A stretch of 64,000 bases of DNA from an uncultured Candidatus Saccharibacteria bacterium (GTDB taxonomy: Bacteria; Patescibacteriota; Minisyncoccia; Phycocordibacterales; GWA1-40-21), in assembly GCA_964513515.1 (NCBI GenBank), contig CAZEMP010000001.1:75336-139335 (forward strand), in the 5' to 3' direction. Below, piece by piece: positions 46,169 to 56,267 of this stretch (positions are counted from its first letter, which is position 1; the number at the start of each line of letters is the position of its first letter). The notes beneath the pieces were generated by a model. It did not search any database. It had not been told where the DNA came from and was given only the letters and a program-made list of their open reading frames with translations. A program made the translations under genes and the position numbers.

Positions 46169-47182
46169 CTATCTCTTAGCAATAATACTTTTCTTATAAA
46201 TATCCAAATGTTCCAGTGCAATACCCGTTCCCTTTGCAACACAATAAAGCGGGTCTTTTGCTACAACCGCTTTTACCCCTATTCTTCTAAATACTAGTTC
46301 TGTAAGATTTCTAAGTTGAGAAGATCCCCCTGTCATAATGATCCCATTATCAATAATATCTGCTGCAAGTTCTGGTGGAATATCCTGTAAAACATCTTTA
46401 ATAGCTTTCACCATGTCTTTCAACTCTTTTGAAATAGCTTTAACGATTTCATTTGTTTTTATTTCTGTAGAACGTGGAAGTCCAGTCAGAAAATCTCTTC
46501 CTTTTATAATAACAGAAAGTTCTTCTTCTATCGGAACAGCACTACCGATGGTTATTTTTATTTGTTCAGATGTTTTATCTCCAATAGCTAAATTGAAAGT
46601 CTTTTTAATATAGTCAGCGATAGCAGCATCTATCTTGTTTCCTGCACATTTTACTGAAGTAGAAGCAACAATACCTCCGAGTGATATAACTGCAACGTCT
46701 GTAGTCCCTCCTCCAATATCAACTATCATGTGACCCATTGGCTCATATATAGGAATACCAGCACCAATAGCAGCGAGAATCGGCTCCTTCACCACATATG
46801 CATTCTTTGCACCGGCTCTTATAGCCGCTTCAACTACAGCTCTTCTTTCTGTTGAAGTGATTCCTGCGGGAACAGACACCATAACTTCTGGCTTAAAAAT
46901 ATTCCATTTACCTAAAGCTTTGTCTATAAAATATCTTAGCATCGCTTCGGTTACACGATAGTCAGCAATAACTCCATCCTTCATTGGTCTGTAAGCAATA
47001 ATACTGTCTGGAGTTTTACCGATCATATTTTTTGCTTCAAGTCCTACTGCTAAAATCTTATTATCCTGTTCTGAAATAGCAACAACAGATGGCTCAAAAA
47101 TAACAACACCTTTTCCAGGAACGAATACGAGCGTATTTGCAGTTCCCAAATCTATACCCAATTTCTTAACAAAAAATGACAT
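46169..47182 (-). CDS. MreB-like actin homolog (second paralog)
   Basis: 337 aa with the DLGTANTLVFV and DIGGGTTD motifs. Confidence 0.85.
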   Translation of the reverse strand: MSFFVKKLGIDLGTANTLVFVPGKGVVIFEPSVVAISEQDNKILAVGLEAKNMIGKTPDSIIAYRPMKDGVIADYRVTEAMLRYFIDKALGKWNIFKPEVMVSVPAGITSTERRAVVEAAIRAGAKNAYVVKEPILAAIGAGIPIYEPMGHMIVDIGGGTTDVAVISLGGIVASTSVKCAGNKIDAAIADYIKKTFNLAIGDKTSEQIKITIGSAVPIEEELSVIIKGRDFLTGLPRSTEIKTNEIVKAISKELKDMVKAIKDVLQDIPPELAADIIDNGIIMTGGSSQLRNLTELVFRRIGVKAVVAKDPLYCVAKGTGIALEHLDIYKKSIIAKR

Positions 47183-47295
47183 ATTTATATACTATATTGT
47201 TTAGTATAAATTGCAAATTTCGGGAAAATATATTTCATAGAGAGAATTTATATTTCATATGCTATAATTTTGAAACAAATAATATTAAAACCTGA

Positions 47296-48639
47296 ATGAA
47301 ATCTGTAGAAAATAAAAAAACTGTCGGTACTTTAGGTGGCACAATTAATTTTGAAATTGAAGGAGGAAAGAAGCTTTCTGGAAGTGTAGTCACAAAAACA
47401 TCAAAAAATGGTGCAATGGGTATTATTCCTGCAACTCTTTTAAATAAAGGAAAAGCGACTTTAAAAAATGTACCCAAGATAGAGGAAGTGCACAGAATGG
47501 TAGAGGTATTGCAAAGTATTGGAGTTTCTGTGCATTGGAAGGCCAATGATTTAGAAATACAGGCTGGAAAAATAAATCTGAAAAACATAAACAGAAATTC
47601 TGCAGAAAGAACACGCAGTATCATCATGCTCATCGGGCCACTTATTCATTTTTTTAAAAAGTTTTCTCTTCCTCACTCCGGTGGCTGCAAGCTTGGAAAA
47701 AGAACTGTCACTCCTCACTTTTTTGCACTTGAAAATTTCGGTGTAAATATTGAAACCAAAACTTCTAGCTATGAGATATCAAGTAAAAAATTGAATACAT
47801 CAGAATTTGCTTTATATGAATCTGGAGATACTGTAACAGAAAATGCCCTGATGGCCGCGGCACTGATAGAAGGAAAAACAACGATCAAATTTGCTTCGGC
47901 AAATTATCAAGTACAAGATTTGTGCTTTTTTCTGGAGAAACTTGGTGTACAGATTGATGGCATTGGTACCACAACCCTTACTATACATGGAGTAAAAGAA
48001 ATAAATAAGGAAATTACTTATTTTCTTGCTGAGGATCCTATAGATACAATGTTTTTTATTTCCGTAGCAATAGTTACAAAATCTAGCATTACGATTGAAA
48101 GATGTCCGATTGATTTCCTTGAGATAGAACTTTTGAAACTTAAAAAAATGGGTTTTAAATACAAGATACTAAAAAAATATAAAGCTTTAAATGGTAAAAC
48201 AAACTTAGTAGACATTAGAACCTTTCCATCAGTACTTAATGCACTCCACGATAAAATAGAATCGAGACCTTATCCTGGACTTAACATCGACAATCTTCCC
48301 TACTTTGCTGTCATAGCAACGCAAGCGAAAGGACAAAGTCTTATTCATGATTGGGTTTATGAAAGTCGCGCTATTCATTATAAAGAATTAGATAAGCTTG
48401 GCGCCGATACAATACTTGCCGATCCACACAGGTTTTATGTAAACGGACCGACAAAATTCAAACCTGCTGAAATCATGTGTCCTCCAGCATTGAGACCTGC
48501 AGCTATAATTCTAATTGGTATGCTTGGTGCAGAAGGAAGATCTATTATAAGAAATGTCTACAATATAAGTCGTGGTTATGAAGATATAGTAAAAAGACTT
48601 AATTCTCTAGGAGCTAAAATAAAAATATTTAAAGACTAA
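47296..48639 (+). CDS. murA: UDP-N-acetylglucosamine 1-carboxyvinyltransferase MurA
   Basis: EPT fold. The catalytic Cys lies in HSGGCKLGKRTV. Confidence 0.85.
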   Translation: MKSVENKKTVGTLGGTINFEIEGGKKLSGSVVTKTSKNGAMGIIPATLLNKGKATLKNVPKIEEVHRMVEVLQSIGVSVHWKANDLEIQAGKINLKNINRNSAERTRSIIMLIGPLIHFFKKFSLPHSGGCKLGKRTVTPHFFALENFGVNIETKTSSYEISSKKLNTSEFALYESGDTVTENALMAAALIEGKTTIKFASANYQVQDLCFFLEKLGVQIDGIGTTTLTIHGVKEINKEITYFLAEDPIDTMFFISVAIVTKSSITIERCPIDFLEIELLKLKKMGFKYKILKKYKALNGKTNLVDIRTFPSVLNALHDKIESRPYPGLNIDNLPYFAVIATQAKGQSLIHDWVYESRAIHYKELDKLGADTILADPHRFYVNGPTKFKPAEIMCPPALRPAAIILIGMLGAEGRSIIRNVYNISRGYEDIVKRLNSLGAKIKIFKD

Positions 48640-48644
48640 AATAG

Positions 48645-50600
48645 TTGAAAAACATTTATATTTCTGACATTATAGGACAAATGAAAATTTTAGAGGTAAT
48701 ACCAATCGCACGCGGCATAAACAAAGATACTCTTTCATATTTTTCTGGAAATGATATTCCTGTTGGTTCTATAATTAAAGTTCCTATAAGAAAAAGGATT
48801 GTACCGGCTCTTGTTATAAACTCGACTGAAATAATAGACTCTAAAGCTGAGATAAAAAACTCAACTTTTCCACTAAAGAAAATTACAAAGGCAAAACATA
48901 CAAACCTTTTTAGTAAAAATTTTATTGATGCTACAGAGGTGACTGCTGACTATTATATAAGCTCTATTGGATCGGTTTTAAATAATATTATTCCTAAAGT
49001 ACTGTTGGAAAATATTGATAAGATTTCAACAGAAGATAAGTCTTTTCCTATGGGGAAAAAAGTAACACGAGCAGAAAAATTTGTTATTCAGTCTAATGAT
49101 GAAGATAGATACGCACAGTATAAAAGCATTATAAGAGAAGAATTTGCTAGAAACTCTTCAGTATTTTTCTGTCTTCCTACCGTACAGGATATTAAAAAGG
49201 CTAAGGAGTCATTACAAAAAGGTATAGAGAAATATACCTTTGTACTACATAGTTCAATCAATAAAAAAGAGCTCGTCGAAACTGTTAATAAAATACTTGA
49301 AGAGAAACACCCTGTACTTATCATAGCTACTGGAGGTTTTCTTTCGATTCCTAAAAATAATATAGAGGCGATAATATTAGAAAAGGAAAATTCCCGATCA
49401 TATAAAACACAAACGAGACCATATGTTGATATAAGAAAATTTGCCGAAATATTTGCAACTAAAATAAATTCAAAGATAATCTTTGGTGATTTATTATTGC
49501 GTACAGACACAATATGGAGACAAAAAACAGGAGAGCTGGTAGAACTGGCACCATTAAAATTCCGTTCTCTTACTACTTCTACTCAAGAGATTGTGGATAT
49601 GAGATCATTACAAAGTGATCCGGTAGAAAATGAAAAAAATGATAATAAAAAATCTTTTAGAATACTTAGTGAAAATCTTGAGCAAAAAATTAAAGAAAAT
49701 ATAGAGAATAATGAGCACATGTTTGTCTTTACTGGAAGAAGAGGTTTTTCTCCATCAACGGTGTGTGCTGACTGTGGCAATATAGTAAAGTGCAATTCTT
49801 GCGGCGCTCACACTGTCCTACACAAATCTGTAACAGAAAATTTCTTCCTTTGTCACAAATGCGGCGAGAGAAGATCTGCACTTGAGAAATGTTCTTATTG
49901 TAATGGTTGGAGACTTACAACTCTCGGTATTGGATCAGAACTTGTAGAAGAAAAACTGAAAGAACTTTATCCTAAAGCAAACATTTATAGAATAGATGCA
50001 GACATTACATCTACACACAAAAAAGCAGAGAGTGTGTCAGAAAAATTCTATAATTCCCCACAAGGAATCCTCATCGGGACAGAGATGGCACTTTTATACC
50101 TTACTAAAAAAGTCCAAAATACTGCTGTGGTGTCTATAGATTCTTTTTTTTCTGTTCCAGACTTCAGGATAAATGAAAGAATATTAAATATACTTCTCAA
50201 AATAAGATCTATTACTGATAAAAACTTTATAATACAAACCAGAGACATATCACAGAAAGTTTTTGATTATGCAATAAAAGGAAACCTTGTTGATTTTTAT
50301 AAAGATGAAATAACTGACAGAGAAAAACTCAATTTTCCCCCATTCAGTATATTGATAAAAATATCCATTTCTGGATCAAAAAATGAAGTGCTGGAAAGAG
50401 TAGAAAGTATACAAAAGTTAATCGAGCCTTACGAAATAGATGTATTCCCTGCTTTTATACCACAATCTAAAGGAAAATATGGAGTAAATGGTATTATTAA
50501 AATACCAAAGGAAAAATGGCCAGATAAAGATTTACATAATAAATTGAGAACATTACCACCGAATGTTTCTGTAAATGTAGATCCAGATTCTTTGATATAA
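48645..50600 (+). CDS. priA: PriA-like primosomal protein with degenerate helicase motifs
   Basis: N-terminal 3'-DNA-binding domain. The Cys-rich region CADCGNIVKCNSCGAH...CHKCGERRSALEKCSYCNGW is PriA-like. Walker A (GSGKT) and DEEH are not conserved: VIQSNDEDRY and ILEKENSRSYK occupy those positions. Confidence 0.6.
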   Translation: MKNIYISDIIGQMKILEVIPIARGINKDTLSYFSGNDIPVGSIIKVPIRKRIVPALVINSTEIIDSKAEIKNSTFPLKKITKAKHTNLFSKNFIDATEVTADYYISSIGSVLNNIIPKVLLENIDKISTEDKSFPMGKKVTRAEKFVIQSNDEDRYAQYKSIIREEFARNSSVFFCLPTVQDIKKAKESLQKGIEKYTFVLHSSINKKELVETVNKILEEKHPVLIIATGGFLSIPKNNIEAIILEKENSRSYKTQTRPYVDIRKFAEIFATKINSKIIFGDLLLRTDTIWRQKTGELVELAPLKFRSLTTSTQEIVDMRSLQSDPVENEKNDNKKSFRILSENLEQKIKENIENNEHMFVFTGRRGFSPSTVCADCGNIVKCNSCGAHTVLHKSVTENFFLCHKCGERRSALEKCSYCNGWRLTTLGIGSELVEEKLKELYPKANIYRIDADITSTHKKAESVSEKFYNSPQGILIGTEMALLYLTKKVQNTAVVSIDSFFSVPDFRINERILNILLKIRSITDKNFIIQTRDISQKVFDYAIKGNLVDFYKDEITDREKLNFPPFSILIKISISGSKNEVLERVESIQKLIEPYEIDVFPAFIPQSKGKYGVNGIIKIPKEKWPDKDLHNKLRTLPPNVSVNVDPDSLI

Positions 50601-51422
50601 CTACTTGTTAAATTCAAAATTTACTTTGTTTCCAAATCTAAGATCTATATATTTTATTTTTTTGATAGAATCTGTATCAGTCTTTATATAGCCACTATCT
50701 ATGAGGGCACGCAAATTCAAAAGTGAAGATTCAAAGCTTTTTTTGTCATTTATTAAAATTTTTCCATCACCTAAAAGATATATTTCATATTCATGTTCGT
50801 CTTTAGCTATGAAATACTTTAGTTTAAATGACATATTCTTTAACGTATCAAACAAACTGTATATGTCACTGAAATTATTCTTAAAATAAAATTGTCCAAT
50901 AGGATCCACACCTTTAATCAAACCAAAAAATTTAAAATACGTATCTGATGAAAATGTTGGTGCTTGTTCAAAAATAAATCCGCTTTTATCAATAAAATAA
51001 CAAGATTTTGAAACTACAGGGGTTCCATCACACCATAAACTTTTAATTTCTCTTTCTGTTACGTGTATTTCAATCTTATCCACGCCTTTGTATATAATTT
51101 TTACAGACGATATTTTCTTAATATTCTCCAAAATATCATTCTTGATCTGATATCTTCTTAATAAGATAATGTTATCTGTAGGAATAATCCATAAATAATT
51201 TATACCTATCTCGTCATTTACAATTTTTACTATATCTTCAGAAAAAACTGAGACATTACCACTAACGTCTATACTTTTTATCCTTGCTTTCTCTGTAGTT
51301 AAAACATATACCCCTAAGCAAATAAAAAATAATATAAAAACTAAATAAGCAAAAACTCTCTTTAAGAAACTTCTGCGTCTTTTTTTACCCAAAGATGTAC
51401 TTATATTAGATCTCTGATTCAT
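50601..51422 (-). CDS. ftsQ: cell division protein FtsQ/DivIB-like
   Basis: Basic N-terminus, one TM helix and a POTRA-like domain (IKSIDVSGNVSV). Confidence 0.55.
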   Translation of the reverse strand: MNQRSNISTSLGKKRRRSFLKRVFAYLVFILFFICLGVYVLTTEKARIKSIDVSGNVSVFSEDIVKIVNDEIGINYLWIIPTDNIILLRRYQIKNDILENIKKISSVKIIYKGVDKIEIHVTEREIKSLWCDGTPVVSKSCYFIDKSGFIFEQAPTFSSDTYFKFFGLIKGVDPIGQFYFKNNFSDIYSLFDTLKNMSFKLKYFIAKDEHEYEIYLLGDGKILINDKKSFESSLLNLRALIDSGYIKTDTDSIKKIKYIDLRFGNKVNFEFNK

Positions 51423-51521
51423 AATTAATGACTATTATACTAAATTTATAAAAAGATGGATACAAAAAGCGAGTTTTACTATGTAAAGCTCGCCCTTTGT
51501 ATTAACTTTATATTTTTTACT

Positions 51522-52799
51522 TTAAGACTTTTTGCCAATAACCTCTTTCCCCCCCATATATTTTCTCAAGGCTTCAGGAATTTTTATACTCCCATCAGCT
51601 TGCTGATAATTTTCAAGAATCTGAATAAGTATTCTTGGTGTTGCAATAGCTGTATTGTTTAGAGAGTGTGCAAATTTTAATTTTCCATCATCATCTCTGT
51701 ATTTGATATTTAGTCTTCTTGTCTGAAAATCATGGAAATAAGAACAAGAATGTGTCTCCCCGTATTTATTTTTTGATGGCATCCATGTCTCAATATCATA
51801 CTTTTTCACTTGCCCAAGTCCCAAATCTGCCCCGCAATTTACAACCACATGATATGGTAAACCCAACGCTTGAAGTATCTCTTCAGCATTTAATAAAAGC
51901 TCCTCGTGGTGCTTTACAGACATCTCATGAGACGCTTCACAAAGTATTACTTGTTCAAACTTCATGAATTCATGTACTCTATAAAGACCTTTTACATCTT
52001 TACTATAACTTCCAGCTTCTCTTCTGAATGCTGGAGAAAATGAAAGTTTCTTTATAGGTAAATCTTTTTTATTTAAAATCTTATCTGAAAAATATGACAT
52101 GGTAGCAACCTCCGCTGTACCAGCAAAATAATCATTGTCTTGAGTCTTATACATATCATCCTCTCCTTGTGGCAAATATCCAGTTCCTAGAAGTGTGTCT
52201 CTTTTTACAAGAGATGGTACAAACATGATTCCGTAATCTTGCTTTTTCTCTCTAAATAAATCCATTGTTAGTTGCCAAACAGCAAACTCTAGTTCTGCAC
52301 CTTCATTCTTCAAAAAATAACCGCGGAAACCAGATACTTTTGTACCAGTTTCAAAATCCGCAAGATCAAGTTTCTCCATAAGCTCAATATGATCTTTTGG
52401 TACAAAGTCCATTTTAGGAATTTCTCCCCAAACTTTTACTTCTTTATTTTGCTCATCACTTTCACCCTCTGGAACAGAAACATCTGGAATATTTGGAACC
52501 TGAAGCATTAGTGTCTGCCACTCCTTCATCACATCTTTCAAAGTTTCCTCTTCTTTTTGCAATCCTTCTTTGAGAATTTTCATTTCAGAAATAAGTTCTG
52601 CCTTTTTATCTGCTTCTTTAAGTTGGGTAATACGAAGAGAAGTTTCATTTTGCTCAGCTCTTTTTGCTTCTATACTAGTGAGTAGTTCTTTTCTTTTATC
52701 ATCCAACTTAATAAGCTCACTAGGATCAAATTTTATATGTTTCTTTCTAGCGCCCTCAATAATGAGTTCTTTGTTTTCTCTGATGAATTTAATGTCTAA
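51522..52799 (-). CDS. serS: seryl-tRNA synthetase
   Basis: The start is placed at MLDIKFIREN. N-terminal coiled-coil arm and class II core. The upstream 22 aa of the ORF-track call are judged to be 5' UTR. Confidence 0.9.
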   Translation of the reverse strand, partial: LDIKFIRENKELIIEGARKKHIKFDPSELIKLDDKRKELLTSIEAKRAEQNETSLRITQLKEADKKAELISEMKILKEGLQKEEETLKDVMKEWQTLMLQVPNIPDVSVPEGESDEQNKEVKVWGEIPKMDFVPKDHIELMEKLDLADFETGTKVSGFRGYFLKNEGAELEFAVWQLTMDLFREKKQDYGIMFVPSLVKRDTLLGTGYLPQGEDDMYKTQDNDYFAGTAEVATMSYFSDKILNKKDLPIKKLSFSPAFRREAGSYSKDVKGLYRVHEFMKFEQVILCEASHEMSVKHHEELLLNAEEILQALGLPYHVVVNCGADLGLGQVKKYDIETWMPSKNKYGETHSCSYFHDFQTRRLNIKYRDDDGKLKFAHSLNNTAIATPRILIQILENYQQADGSIKIPEALRKYMGGKEVIGKKS

Positions 52800-52865
52800 C
52801 ATAATTTTATTTACGAATATACGAATAAACGAATGAAACAAATGGAAACGAATAATTGAATTCAT

Positions 52866-52942
52866 TTGTAGACATTCGTATCATTCGAATAATTTGTTGA
52901 TTCGTATATTATATTAGCAACAAATGGTACAATAAACAACAA
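52866..52942. repeat. array of ~7 ATTCG(T/A)AT / ACGAATA motifs in the serS-dprA divergent intergenic region
   Basis: TTATTTACGAATATACGAATAAACGAATG...ATTCGTATCATTCGAATAATTTGTTGATTCGTAT. The motif is a near-palindromic octamer. Confidence 0.35.
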
Positions 52943-53815
52943 ATGCTACATAACTTTGGAATTGAACTCCTTCAGGGCGAAGAAATTCCAAAAATTCTTC
53001 GTGAAATTTCTGATCCACCAGAAAAACTATACGTTCAAGGCATGCTTCCTTCGGCTAGCACAAAGATACTTTGCGTTGTTGGTTCTCGCAAATATACTCA
53101 ATATGGAAAAGATGTGTGCGAGAAACTTATTTCAGGACTTCGTGGATATGATATTACAATAATCTCTGGCCTCGCTTTAGGTATCGATGCTATTGCACAC
53201 AAATCTGCATTGGATGCTGGTTTAAAGACAGTTGCTGTCCCAGGTTCTGGACTTGATCCATCGGTCTTATACCCAAGCACACATAAACAACTCGCTGAAA
53301 AAATACTTGAGGCCGGTGGAGCTCTTATTTCAGAATTTGAGCCTGAATTTCGTGCTACACCTTATAGTTTTCCACAAAGAAATAGAATTATGGCAGGAAT
53401 GTCACACGCGGTGCTTGTCATAGAAGCTGAGATAAAATCTGGAACGCTTATTACCTCCAAGTTTGCGACAGAATATAATAGAGATGTGCTTACTGTTCCT
53501 GGCTCAATTTTTTCTAAAAATTCTGTGGGTCCAAACATGCTTATCAGACTCGGTGCTACACCTATAAGAAATAGTGAGGATATATTGGAGGCACTTGGTT
53601 TCAAAATAAATGAAGTTCCTCAAAACCTCGAGCTAAAATACTCTGATTGTTCGGAAGAAGAATTGTTAGTAATAAAAATTCTGCATGAGCCCCTAGAAAA
53701 AGATGAACTGATTCGTCAAATGAAAATGTCAGTATCAAAAGCGAGTGTTGTAATTTCAGTAATGGAAATTAAGGGATTAATTAAAGAAAGTATGGGAGAA
53801 ATTTTTTTAACTTAA
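52943..53815 (+). CDS. dprA: DNA processing protein DprA (Smf)
   Basis: Rossmann-like region ILCVVGSRKYTQYG...ISGLALGIDAIAH and a C-terminal winged-helix domain. Confidence 0.8.
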   Translation: MLHNFGIELLQGEEIPKILREISDPPEKLYVQGMLPSASTKILCVVGSRKYTQYGKDVCEKLISGLRGYDITIISGLALGIDAIAHKSALDAGLKTVAVPGSGLDPSVLYPSTHKQLAEKILEAGGALISEFEPEFRATPYSFPQRNRIMAGMSHAVLVIEAEIKSGTLITSKFATEYNRDVLTVPGSIFSKNSVGPNMLIRLGATPIRNSEDILEALGFKINEVPQNLELKYSDCSEEELLVIKILHEPLEKDELIRQMKMSVSKASVVISVMEIKGLIKESMGEIFLT

Positions 53816-53866
53816 TTTAAACCCAAATTTGCACGAAATGATATTTGTGTGTAATACTAGTGAACG

Positions 53867-56026
53867 ATGAAACTTTTAATTGTTGAGTCTCCGTCAAAAG
53901 CGAAGACAATAGAAAAATATTTGGATGGTGCATATACCGTACGAGCAAGTATCGGACATATTCGCGATTTACCAAAATCCAACAAAGACGCTATCGATAT
54001 TGATGGTGGTTTTATTCCACGTTATGTGGTCAGCCCTGGGAAGGAAAAAGTAGTATCTGAAATAAAGAGCTTAGCTAAACGCGCTGATGAGGTATTGCTC
54101 GCAACCGACCCTGACCGAGAAGGAGAAGCTATTGCATGGCATGTAAAAGAAGCTGTTGGACTCAAAAATCCAAAAAGGGTTCGCTTCTATGAGATTACAA
54201 AAGATGCTGTAAAAGAAGCTTTGACTCATCCAACAGATATAGATGACAATTTAAGACGTGCGCAAGAAGCAAGACGTGTACTTGATAGACTTGTTGGCTA
54301 TGATCTTTCTGGACTTATCTGGAAAAAAGTTCGCTATGGACTTTCTGCAGGAAGAGTGCAATCCCCTGCACTCCGTATAATAATGGAACGTGAAAGAGAA
54401 ATTCGCGCATTCAAACCAGAACAATTCTGGACTATTGAGACTGACACACAAACAAAAAATGGAGTTAAAATTCTTTTGGGATGTGATGAAGAACCACGTG
54501 ATATAAAAAAGGTAGAGAAAATACTTGAAATTGGAAATAAGGAAACTTGGTCTGTAAAAAATGTAACTGAAACAGAAGCGAAAAGAAGTCCTAAAGCACC
54601 TTTCACAACTTCCACTCTTCAACAAACAGCAAGTACACGTTTAGGATTTGCACCCTCAAGAACTATGGGTATTGCTCAAAAACTTTATGAGGCTGGACTC
54701 ATAACATATATGAGAACAGATAGTACAAATCTAAGTACAACTGCCCTTGATCAAATAAGTTCTATGGTTAGTAAAAAATATGGGGCCAATTATGCAAACA
54801 GAACTATTTACAAAACTAAAAGCAAAAATGCACAGGAGGCACATGAAGCAGTAAGACCAACCGACATCAACAAAGAAAGTGCTGGACTTACTGATGAGCA
54901 AAAAGAATTGTACAGACTTATTTGGCAAAGAACTGTTGCATCACAAATGTCAGATGCAAAAATACTTAGAACAAAGATTATTGCAGGTGTTACAAACCCT
55001 GAAATTCCAACATTTTCTATTAATGGATCTCGAATGCTTTTTGATGGTTGGCTAAAGGCCGATCCAGATGCACGAGGTGAAGATGTAGAGCTTCCGAGTG
55101 TTTTAGTCGGGGATATTTTAAAATTATTAGAATTAAGATCTACGGAAAAATTTACCGAGCCACCAGGTAGATATAGCGAAGCTGGACTCATTAAAGAACT
55201 CGAAAAAAGAGGTATTGGTAGACCTTCTACCTATGCTTCTATTATGAAGACGCTAGAAGAAAGAAAATATATAGAAAAGATAAACAAAGCTTTATTCCCT
55301 ACTGACACGGGAGAAGTAGTGAGTGACTTCCTTGAGAAAAACTTTGCTGAATATATAAGTGATACTTTTACTGCAGAAATGGAAGATGAGCTTGATGAAA
55401 TCGCAGAAGGAAAAAGAGATTATGAGAAAACTTTGAAAGATTTTTACGGTCCTTTTTCAAAAGATATAAAAGCTAAAAATAAAATAGAAAAAGTAACAAA
55501 CCTTGGTGAAGCTGACCCGAGTATAAAATGCCCTGTTTGTGGTGGGCCAATGATAATAAAGCTTTCAAAAAATGGTAAATTCTTAAGCTGTGCTAAGTTT
55601 CCTGAATGTACAGGAGCAAGAAAAATAACAGGAGAAGAAATGGAGGGTCCAAAAGAAACTGGTGAAAAGTGTCCGGAGTGTAAAGACGGTAAGCTTGTGG
55701 AAAGAGACGGAAAGTTTGGAAAATTTGTTTCTTGTTCAAACTATCCAAAATGTAAATATATTAAAAAGGATGCTATACCAACAAATACTACTGGAATAAA
55801 GTGTCCTGTATGTAAGACCGGTGAGATGGCGGAGCGAAAAGGAAGATTTGGAATATTTTACAGCTGTACCAATTATCCAAAATGTAAATATGCAATTAAA
55901 GCCAAGCCAACAGGAAAGAACTGTTCAACATGTACTTCACTTATGATGGCTGGTACCAAAACTATACCAGAGCGTTGTTCAGACAAGATGTGTCCAAATC
56001 ATAACCCACACAAACTAAATAAATAA
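53867..56026 (+). CDS. topA: DNA topoisomerase I with C-terminal zinc-ribbon repeats
   Basis: Toprim MKLLIVESPSKAK, the catalytic Tyr region, and three C4 ribbons near the C-terminus. Confidence 0.9.
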   Translation: MKLLIVESPSKAKTIEKYLDGAYTVRASIGHIRDLPKSNKDAIDIDGGFIPRYVVSPGKEKVVSEIKSLAKRADEVLLATDPDREGEAIAWHVKEAVGLKNPKRVRFYEITKDAVKEALTHPTDIDDNLRRAQEARRVLDRLVGYDLSGLIWKKVRYGLSAGRVQSPALRIIMEREREIRAFKPEQFWTIETDTQTKNGVKILLGCDEEPRDIKKVEKILEIGNKETWSVKNVTETEAKRSPKAPFTTSTLQQTASTRLGFAPSRTMGIAQKLYEAGLITYMRTDSTNLSTTALDQISSMVSKKYGANYANRTIYKTKSKNAQEAHEAVRPTDINKESAGLTDEQKELYRLIWQRTVASQMSDAKILRTKIIAGVTNPEIPTFSINGSRMLFDGWLKADPDARGEDVELPSVLVGDILKLLELRSTEKFTEPPGRYSEAGLIKELEKRGIGRPSTYASIMKTLEERKYIEKINKALFPTDTGEVVSDFLEKNFAEYISDTFTAEMEDELDEIAEGKRDYEKTLKDFYGPFSKDIKAKNKIEKVTNLGEADPSIKCPVCGGPMIIKLSKNGKFLSCAKFPECTGARKITGEEMEGPKETGEKCPECKDGKLVERDGKFGKFVSCSNYPKCKYIKKDAIPTNTTGIKCPVCKTGEMAERKGRFGIFYSCTNYPKCKYAIKAKPTGKNCSTCTSLMMAGTKTIPERCSDKMCPNHNPHKLNK

Positions 56027-56136
56027 TCATAGATAGTTTTGGTAAGACGGAGCACACGAAGCGAAGCGAAGTCTGTTTTCAGCAGAAAACAGGTGTGAGT
56101 CGTGGTCAGGGAAATTTCTGAGTGTCGACGAAGAAA

Positions 56137-56208
56137 TTATCTGTGACCGAAAACAATTCCGGAAAGATGTAGCGACAAAACTTGTTTGATGCACAATCCT
56201 CACAAATT
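56137..56208 (+). pseudogene. divergent in-frame duplicate of the topA 3' end (last ~21 codons)
   Basis: Translates PKTIPERCSDKTCLMHNPHKLNK*, against the topA C-terminus TKTIPERCSDKMCPNHNPHKLNK*. Most differences are synonymous (cgt/aga, tca/agc, gag/gaa). Confidence 0.45.
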
Positions 56209-56267
56209 AAATAAATAAGCTTCGGCTCTTTAGGTACTTTATACTTTATATTAAATACTATATACTG

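Noticed and set aside
52800-52942. T-box riboswitch leader upstream of serS
   Set aside because: There is no T-box consensus (AATTAGGGTGGNACCGCG) and no specifier or antiterminator architecture. The region is instead a repeat array of a short octamer.
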